Source: a virus. Taken from it: a stretch of DNA of 64,000 bases. Under the pieces are notes generated by a model. That model did no database searches, was not told where the DNA came from, and saw only the letters and a list, made by a program, of their open reading frames with translations. Shown one piece after another: positions 57,951 to 64,000 of the stretch (its first letter is position 1; every line of letters starts with the position of its first letter). The stretch spans positions 32,001 through 96,000 of the IMG/VR virus record IMGVR_UViG_3300044844_000506; one strand, 5' to 3'. Both the position numbers and the translations under genes were made by a program.

Positions 57951-58651
57951 TCAACACCTACATTCATAGTAACAGTGCTAATTTGTTCACATTCTTTATT
58001 ACAACAGCTATACTGAGCATCCGTTACCATGCCATAATCACTTAAAGATATAGAATTAATTAACATTTTAATATCTTTTAATGGGAATCTAGGATCACCT
58101 AATAATTCAGCAATCTGAGCCTTATCTAAGCAATCGTCTACAGATTCAACAAATCTCCATAGGTTATCTACAGATACAACGTAGTTTTTATCATCTGATC
58201 TTCTTGGAGTTCTAACTTTAGCTTTTACGTTTGTAACTGGAAGTAATATCTCTCTAGGATCAGTAATAGTATCTTCAACAAAATTTATTGGCAACTGACT
58301 CATCTTAAAATCTAAGACGTTCTCTGTATTGCAATAAGGGCATTTAGTTGTTACTTTATAATTATCTCCATAAGATATTTCTCTAATCTTAAACAAGATG
58401 GCTAAAATATCCATAGAAACTAATTCTTGAGGATCTACACCTTGAACACAGTTTTCTAAAAGATAGTCAATCGGGGATTCATTATTTGATCTTTGTAAAA
58501 TCCCTGCTTCATCTTTAAAAGCCATAGGACGGACTCTAACACCGTTTGCTGCATCAAATGACTTATAAAATATACCTTTAGAAGGTAACATAACTTTAAA
58601 TGATAAGTCCTTTGGGATGTGATTAAGTAACTTATCTACTAGCTTTACCAT
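57932..58651 (-). CDS. gp26: Baseplate hub assembly chaperone (T4 gp26-like)
   Basis: LPSKG, RPM..DE, D..IL..IREISYG, CPYC, C..C, ends DFF. Confidence 0.88.
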   Translation of the reverse strand: MVKLVDKLLNHIPKDLSFKVMLPSKGIFYKSFDAANGVRVRPMAFKDEAGILQRSNNESPIDYLLENCVQGVDPQELVSMDILAILFKIREISYGDNYKVTTKCPYCNTENVLDFKMSQLPINFVEDTITDPREILLPVTNVKAKVRTPRRSDDKNYVVSVDNLWRFVESVDDCLDKAQIAELLGDPRFPLKDIKMLINSISLSDYGMVTDAQYSCCNKECEQISTVTMNVGVDFFSIS

Positions 58652-58810
58652 AAATTTAACTCCATTTTAACTTTTTTTAAGTTTTTGCCGGATTTTTTAA
58701 CTCGGACATATAATATATAGGATTGATTATAAACTGATTAATGTACTGTAGATACATGAATAAACCATATATAACTATAATATGTAAAGAAAGTTATAAT
58801 TGATTTATTT

Positions 58811-60193
58811 ATGTTGATTAAGTGTGATGTATTAAAATCCCAAATATTTACAGATAATCCAGAATTACTTAAGTCTCTTTGTTCGTTGTATGCTTTTAAG
58901 GTTGAAGGTGCAGCATACTCACCACAGTACAAAAGAAGAGTTTGGGATGGAAAGAAACACTTCATTTCTGGTACTGGAGTATTTTCCACAGGGTTACTAA
59001 GTAGGCTACTAGAAGATTTAAATAGAATAAATATAAAGCCTAAAGTTGAAACCGATTTTGAAACTAGTAACCTTCCTGAGATTCCTGTAGAATTACAAAA
59101 TTGGAAATTTAGACCACATCAAGAAGAACTAATAAAAAGAGCTTTAGAGGTTAAAAGAGGTATACTGAAAGCTCCTACAGGATTTGGTAAGACCAGTGTT
59201 ATTGCTTACCTTATTGATAGATTTAAAGACAAGAATGTTTTAGTATTGTTTAACAGAACTCAGTTAATTACACAAACGTATGAGTTTTTAACTAAAACAA
59301 TAAAAGTTCCTTACAAGATAGGTTTAGCTTTTGGTGGAGTTGATGAAGGAAGTAATATTACATTAGCTTCTGTTCATAGTTTAGAGAAAGTTGTAGGAAC
59401 TCCTGCTGAACATCCAGATTTACTAATTGTTGATGAAGTACATGAATTCTGTAGCGGTAAGTTTACTAGTCAAGTAATTAATGCGTTTCCTTCAGCTAAA
59501 TATAGGTTTGGTTTAACTGCAACTGTTCCTACAGATAAAGTAAAGTTATACACTTTAGAAGGAGCCTTTGGTCCTGTAGTATCTTCTGTAGGAACACAGG
59601 AATTAATTGATGAAGGTTATCTGGCTAAACCAGTAATACAAATAATTCCTGTAAGTTGTAGCTCTGCACCTTCTGATACAGTTTACATTGATTGGTACAA
59701 AGATTATATCGTAAATAACGATTACAGAAACAATCTTATTAAAACGATTGTTGTTAAAGCATTGGAGAAACCTAATGCTAAAATAGCGATCATTGCGAAC
59801 AGCCTAGAACACGCCGAGAAGCTGAATGATCTCTTACCCCATTCTGTCAAGCTGGAGGGCAAGAACTCGATCTCAGAGAGAACTGAGGCTATTCAGGAGT
59901 TTGTGGCAGGTAAGTATAGAGTGTTGATAGGCACAACGATCCTTCAAACGGGTATAGACATCAAAGAGATCACTCACTTAATTAATGCCAGAGGATTAAA
60001 GTCTGAGACTCCAACCATACAAGCCTTAGGAAGAGTCTTAAGAAAAGATAAAGATCCTAAAGTATACTTTTATGATTTCTTAGATGAAGATGGTTGGTTA
60101 ATGGAAAAGCATTCTAGATCTAGAATTAAAGCATACAAAAAAGAGGGACATATAGTAACTATTATGCCAAGGATCTCTGATGGAACAAAATAA
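58811..60193 (+). CDS. uvsW: Superfamily 2 helicase (UvsW-like)
   Basis: WDGK, RPHQ, APTGFGKT, DEVH, GLTAT, TGIDI, QALGRVLR. Confidence 0.93.
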   Translation: MLIKCDVLKSQIFTDNPELLKSLCSLYAFKVEGAAYSPQYKRRVWDGKKHFISGTGVFSTGLLSRLLEDLNRINIKPKVETDFETSNLPEIPVELQNWKFRPHQEELIKRALEVKRGILKAPTGFGKTSVIAYLIDRFKDKNVLVLFNRTQLITQTYEFLTKTIKVPYKIGLAFGGVDEGSNITLASVHSLEKVVGTPAEHPDLLIVDEVHEFCSGKFTSQVINAFPSAKYRFGLTATVPTDKVKLYTLEGAFGPVVSSVGTQELIDEGYLAKPVIQIIPVSCSSAPSDTVYIDWYKDYIVNNDYRNNLIKTIVVKALEKPNAKIAIIANSLEHAEKLNDLLPHSVKLEGKNSISERTEAIQEFVAGKYRVLIGTTILQTGIDIKEITHLINARGLKSETPTIQALGRVLRKDKDPKVYFYDFLDEDGWLMEKHSRSRIKAYKKEGHIVTIMPRISDGTK

Positions 60194-60407
60194 ACTACAA
60201 AAATTTATTGAGAATCAACTAGGTGAATTACATTCAACCGAAAAAGAAGAATTAGAATCTATAGTAAATACTATACAAGTAGTTGTAAATCAAAAAGTAA
60301 TAAATGAAGATACTTTAAGTGTATTAAAAAACGCAGAGGATTCAGTAAGAATCCTCCGTGATAAACTAGTAAATCGTTATATTAATTTACTTAAAACTAC
60401 AAAATAA
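60180..60407 (+). CDS. Small hypothetical protein
   Basis: 75-aa helical ORF overlapping the uvsW end. Confidence 0.6.
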   Translation: MEQNKLQKFIENQLGELHSTEKEELESIVNTIQVVVNQKVINEDTLSVLKNAEDSVRILRDKLVNRYINLLKTTK

Positions 60408-61385
60408 TTAGAATGTAAATCCTTGGGATAATGGAACTTTCTTCCAGACTCTATATACTCCGTCAGTTGCCATCTTGAATATAGTGATTTCTCCTGATCC
60501 TGTGCAGTTACGGATATCAACTTTCTTAGTTGTATCATCGAGTCTTAGGCAAATACCATTGTTATGATCAAAAGTAACTCCATCAATACTTATCTCTTCT
60601 GGACCTGTCTGTTTATTTGATTTATTAGCAAAATCAAATAACTGTACGGAAGTCATCTTTGGATTTTTATATCCAATATAACCACCAGTCCAAGTTAGAG
60701 ACTTACAGTATTCAATACAAACAGCAGCAAAGCTATCAGCCCAAGTTCCATCGCTTCTCTTAGCTACATTAGTTTGCTGTATTGTTCTAAGGAATGGATC
60801 TCTAAGTTCTACAATACCGTTTGGTCCTGAGTCTTTTATTGATACTGCAAAAGCTGCTCTACCTGCACCACGAAGCTGACCTACTTCATCTCCGTGAATA
60901 CTATTAACAATTATCTGACGAGCGTTTGTCCATTTAGGGTCAGATCTATTTCCTGCTAATCTTATCTGTAATAGTTGTGCTGGAATATTCTTACCTGAGC
61001 AACTTTCGTATACTGCTATTCCGCTTTCAATCTCATCATAGATTGCGTGCTCCTTCATATTAGTTGTAGGAGCATCTGGTCTGGTAGTATCGACAACTCT
61101 AACTCTTGTAGTAACTGGATTACGCAACATATGTCTGCGTACCCCCCACATCGTTATGGCTTTATCACCTTTATTAACTGTAATTAATACATCTCTTAAT
61201 ATAGGATTAGTAAAAACAGGAGACATATCGGAAATAACCCCTGCACGACCACCACTCATTATTATTTGAGTGTTTGTTAAAGAACAGTTAGAGGCTTGAG
61301 CGGATTTCCAATAAACTCCATCTCTATCTGTTTGTGCAGTTAATATTACTAGTGGTTCTTGAGGTAATTGTGGTCTTGTTATCAT
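60408..61385 (-). CDS. Hypothetical protein, possibly beta-helix
   Basis: Beta-strand periodicity; no clear motif. Confidence 0.6.
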   Translation of the reverse strand: MITRPQLPQEPLVILTAQTDRDGVYWKSAQASNCSLTNTQIIMSGGRAGVISDMSPVFTNPILRDVLITVNKGDKAITMWGVRRHMLRNPVTTRVRVVDTTRPDAPTTNMKEHAIYDEIESGIAVYESCSGKNIPAQLLQIRLAGNRSDPKWTNARQIIVNSIHGDEVGQLRGAGRAAFAVSIKDSGPNGIVELRDPFLRTIQQTNVAKRSDGTWADSFAAVCIEYCKSLTWTGGYIGYKNPKMTSVQLFDFANKSNKQTGPEEISIDGVTFDHNNGICLRLDDTTKKVDIRNCTGSGEITIFKMATDGVYRVWKKVPLSQGFTF

Positions 61386-61386
61386 G

Positions 61387-61608
61387 TTATTTTACCAAAT
61401 AAGAGAAAATATAAGAAGCTATTAAGGATATAACTGATGCAACACCTAATAACCAAGACTTATATGCTTCAATTTTATTAAGTCTATCTTCTAATTCAAT
61501 TAATTTATTAGATTGTCTATGGCTTTGACTTATTAAAGCATCTAATTTTCCTTCTAATCTTCCAATTAAAAGTATTAAATCTGGGTCTAGGTTAGAGTTT
61601 GAGTTCAT
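61387..61608 (-). CDS. Coiled coil plus C-terminal TM protein (holin / XhlA-like)
   Basis: IGRLEGKLD..RL..IE..WLLG followed by a TM helix. Confidence 0.6.
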   Translation of the reverse strand: MNSNSNLDPDLILLIGRLEGKLDALISQSHRQSNKLIELEDRLNKIEAYKSWLLGVASVISLIASYIFSYLVK

Positions 61609-61620
61609 AAAAATTCTTTC

Positions 61621-61797
61621 TTATTTCCAAGTTCCGCTTACTTTTATATATGGCCTTGAATACGCATAAGTACCCATTTTATTAAAATAAACTGTAGTTC
61701 TTCTCCAAGTACCGTTATCTTTTATCCACAAAAAGGTCACTCCTCCCGCTTGCGGGGTTGGAGGAGCAGCTTGCGGTGATAATAAAGTAAGTAACAT
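61621..61797 (-). CDS. 58-aa peptide with WIKxxGxW-type repeats (not in ORF track)
   Basis: MLLTLLSP..WIKDNGTWR..YIKVSGTWK. Confidence 0.65.
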   Translation of the reverse strand: MLLTLLSPQAAPPTPQAGGVTFLWIKDNGTWRRTTVYFNKMGTYAYSRPYIKVSGTWK

Positions 61798-61800
61798 TTA

Positions 61801-61965
61801 TTAAGAGTGAGGTCTTAAAGTTGTTAGTGTGGTTTGAGTTTCTTGTAGCTCTAACTCATATTGATTGTATCTATCTAAATCACCTTCTGCGTATGAAGCA
61901 GCTTTAAGACTTTCTAAATAGATAACACGTTTTTCTAATACACTAATTATTTCTGATATCTTCAT
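61801..61965 (-). CDS. 54-aa helical hairpin protein (not in ORF track)
   Basis: MKISEIISVLEKRVIYLESLK..GDL..ETQTTL; tiles between neighbours. Confidence 0.65.
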   Translation of the reverse strand: MKISEIISVLEKRVIYLESLKAASYAEGDLDRYNQYELELQETQTTLTTLRPHS

Positions 61966-61966
61966 A

Positions 61967-63406
61967 TTAAATCACCATTTGTCTTAATAATGCTGTACCT
62001 GTATTAATTAAGAAATACATATATATAATTTTAGTTGCACCATCTGTATATGTAATGTCAAACATTGTATCCCCAGCAGCAGCAGCACCTTGAGTATAAA
62101 GCAAGGCTCCCCAAGGATCCATCTCAGAAGTTACAAAGTTATATCTAAAGAATCTACCTGTTGCATCCTTTTGAATGTATAGATAATCTCCATTATAGGA
62201 ATATTTAGTTCCTGTACTAAAAGTCTCTACGTTAGGACTAAATGTAATACCGTTAGTCCACGCATTTGATGGGATATCATAATAATCTAATCCAACTGTA
62301 CCTGCTCCTCTGAATGAGTATATTCTTCTACCATTAATTATTGCACTCTCAGAAGTCCAAGAACTATCAGTAGATCCCCAAACCCAGTGAGCACTACATC
62401 CCGTTCCTGCGGAACTAGTTCTTGCTGTTGCAGGAGACAGTGTAGTCCAAGTATTAGATGTAATAGAATATCTATACAAAGTGATTGCGTTATTACCAAT
62501 ATAATAAATGTAGTCATCATTACCTTGAATAGCGTACACAGAATCCGTGCTAGGGTTAGTTCCCCAAGAGGATCCTACCGTAATAACTGTGCCTGTGTTA
62601 CTTGCGATAGATCTAATTTGACCAGCACCTGTTCCAGATATAATTCTAATTTGATAATTGGTCCACTGGTTTGTAGTCCAAGACTTTCCTGAATCAGTTA
62701 GAGTTGTAGCAGCACCCGCAGTAGCTGTTCCTGAAGCAAAGTTTAAATAATCATTATTCATCCAAGATGGAGTTGTAATTAATTTACCATCAGTACCTAA
62801 AGTAGCGGCTAATCCAGTTTGAGTTAAAGTAGTCCAAGTGTTAGTAGCATAATCATATTTTTTAAAAGAACCAGAAGCAAGAGTACCTGCACCTACAACA
62901 TACCACACTGGAGTTACGAGTCTATAGGTTGTTGAAGCTGTAGGTGAGGATGAGAAAGCACTTGTGACTGTAATTGTAGCGTTTGTTCCAATAGTATTTG
63001 ATGCAATAGTTCTTGTATCTCCAGCACCAGGACCACCAACTAGTTGAATACTATAACCTCTTAAATCTCTAGCTAAAGTTTGGTTGGTGATAAGCGTAGT
63101 AGTCGATCCACCTGTAGCAGTTAAAGTAAAAACTCCTGTGGTATTACCTGTACTATATGATCCAGCAACAGCAGCAGCACCACCTCCGAAAGTTCCCGCA
63201 AGAGCAGGGCTTGTTATTTGTATAAATCCATCTTCAGATGCATTATATAAATAAGACTCAGTGTTACTTCTTAAATAAAGTTGTTGCTGTCTGTAGTTTC
63301 TAGATGATGCAAGACAAGAACCACCTTGAGTGGCAAGAGGAGCAGTCGTAACATACTCCCATCTTTTCAAATCTAATATTTTTCTATTTCCGTTTGTTGT
63401 TGGCAT
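61967..63406 (-). CDS. Kelch-like beta-propeller adhesin with duplicated beta-sandwich inserts
   Basis: KYDYATNTWTTL, YRYSITSNTWTTL, YYDIPSNAW; G(P/T)GAG..R.IASNT twice. Confidence 0.75.
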   Translation of the reverse strand: MPTTNGNRKILDLKRWEYVTTAPLATQGGSCLASSRNYRQQQLYLRSNTESYLYNASEDGFIQITSPALAGTFGGGAAAVAGSYSTGNTTGVFTLTATGGSTTTLITNQTLARDLRGYSIQLVGGPGAGDTRTIASNTIGTNATITVTSAFSSSPTASTTYRLVTPVWYVVGAGTLASGSFKKYDYATNTWTTLTQTGLAATLGTDGKLITTPSWMNNDYLNFASGTATAGAATTLTDSGKSWTTNQWTNYQIRIISGTGAGQIRSIASNTGTVITVGSSWGTNPSTDSVYAIQGNDDYIYYIGNNAITLYRYSITSNTWTTLSPATARTSSAGTGCSAHWVWGSTDSSWTSESAIINGRRIYSFRGAGTVGLDYYDIPSNAWTNGITFSPNVETFSTGTKYSYNGDYLYIQKDATGRFFRYNFVTSEMDPWGALLYTQGAAAAGDTMFDITYTDGATKIIYMYFLINTGTALLRQMVI

Positions 63407-63409
63407 AAT

Positions 63410-63853
63410 TTAGCTCACTGAAATATTTCTTCTTAATCCATCACCAGATATTCTCATAATATCTGTTATTTGCTGTAAAGCTGTTACGCTACCTATTTGT
63501 GTTTGATTAGATAGCGTTGTTACAGTTGCTACCGTAGTTACGTTGGATAATGTAGGTAACGAGGTAATAGCTACGTTTGCACCTGTTTCTACGTTTACTC
63601 TCAATCTACCAGTAGTATCAGGTAATACTACTCCTATTGTTTTAGCTAGTGATTGAACAGCCATTCTAAGTGCTTCAATAGCTTCAACAAGTTCACCTGT
63701 TTCTTGTGTAGGCATAGGATTAGACTGCGATACATCTGTAGCTGTACCATCTGCTCCTACACCTATTTTTACTCTTTGATGCAGTACGCCACCTATATCG
63801 TCTGCTGCGACGGTAGCTCCTGTTCCTGGTGTGTATCCTATATTGTCTGCCAT
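63410..63853 (-). CDS. Virion fibre-associated protein
   Basis: MADN..TPGTGA.VAADDIGGVLHQRVK; V/T-rich repeats. Confidence 0.7.
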   Translation of the reverse strand: MADNIGYTPGTGATVAADDIGGVLHQRVKIGVGADGTATDVSQSNPMPTQETGELVEAIEALRMAVQSLAKTIGVVLPDTTGRLRVNVETGANVAITSLPTLSNVTTVATVTTLSNQTQIGSVTALQQITDIMRISGDGLRRNISVS

Positions 63854-63863
63854 AGTTTAATCC

Positions 63864-64000
63864 TTAGCTATAATTTATTTGTTTTGCATCAAAAGTATCT
63901 AATAAAGTTCCAGAATCACTATCATTATATACTGAAACTGTATCTAAAAAATTTGAATTATCAGGGTTTAATAATCCAAAAGATACATATTGGTTATTAG
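63864..64000 (-). CDS. Partial ORF (3' end) entering from the window edge
   Basis: Open frame ..NNQYVSFGLL..KQINYS* ending just before the next SD. Confidence 0.5.
   Translation of the reverse strand, partial: NNQYVSFGLLNPDNSNFLDTVSVYNDSDSGTLLDTFDAKQINYS

Noticed and set aside
166-64000. Many short ORFs nested in or antisense to long genes (e.g. 820-1089, 11945-12271, 47252-47659, 63653-64000)
   Set aside because: Lie over well-supported genes, have no motifs, and are typical shadow frames
1-64000. Genome-wide stop codon reassignment
   Set aside because: Long genes are intact under the standard code and TAA, TAG and TGA all end conserved genes
1-64000. tRNA/rRNA genes, DGR, integrase or transposase
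   Set aside because: None recognised by eye; intergenic gaps are short and no RT or recombinase motifs were seen

Overview
AT-rich, gene-dense 64 kb segment of a large T4-like myovirus genome (standard genetic code, mostly minus strand, frequent TAATG/ATGA coupling). In order it holds: a replication/recombination block (gp46/47, divergent ThyX, dNMP kinase, a family-A DNA polymerase split into three genes, gp55-like late sigma, Holliday junction resolvase); tail tube/sheath and neck genes; a head block (gp23, gp22, gp21); baseplate/receptor-binding genes; then a RecB/Cas4-like nuclease, primase, gp26/gp51-like chaperones, UvsW and a Kelch-like adhesin module. Top observations: (1) about ten head-region proteins share a T4 internal-protein-like leader (Y-x2-I-x2-3-LL-x-E, a gp21 cleavage-type site). 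One is fused to a Planctomycete-type ECF sigma factor, suggesting a virion-packaged sigma, and the prohead protease itself looks like a polyprotein with three basic Cys-pair peptides. (2) A tripartite PolA with a dNMP kinase gene inside it. (3) A candidate -1 frameshift (U8) joining gp26 to a start-less gp51-like ORF. (4) Very compact divergent promoters suggesting leaderless mRNAs. All family assignments come from motif recognition by eye; no database searches were run.
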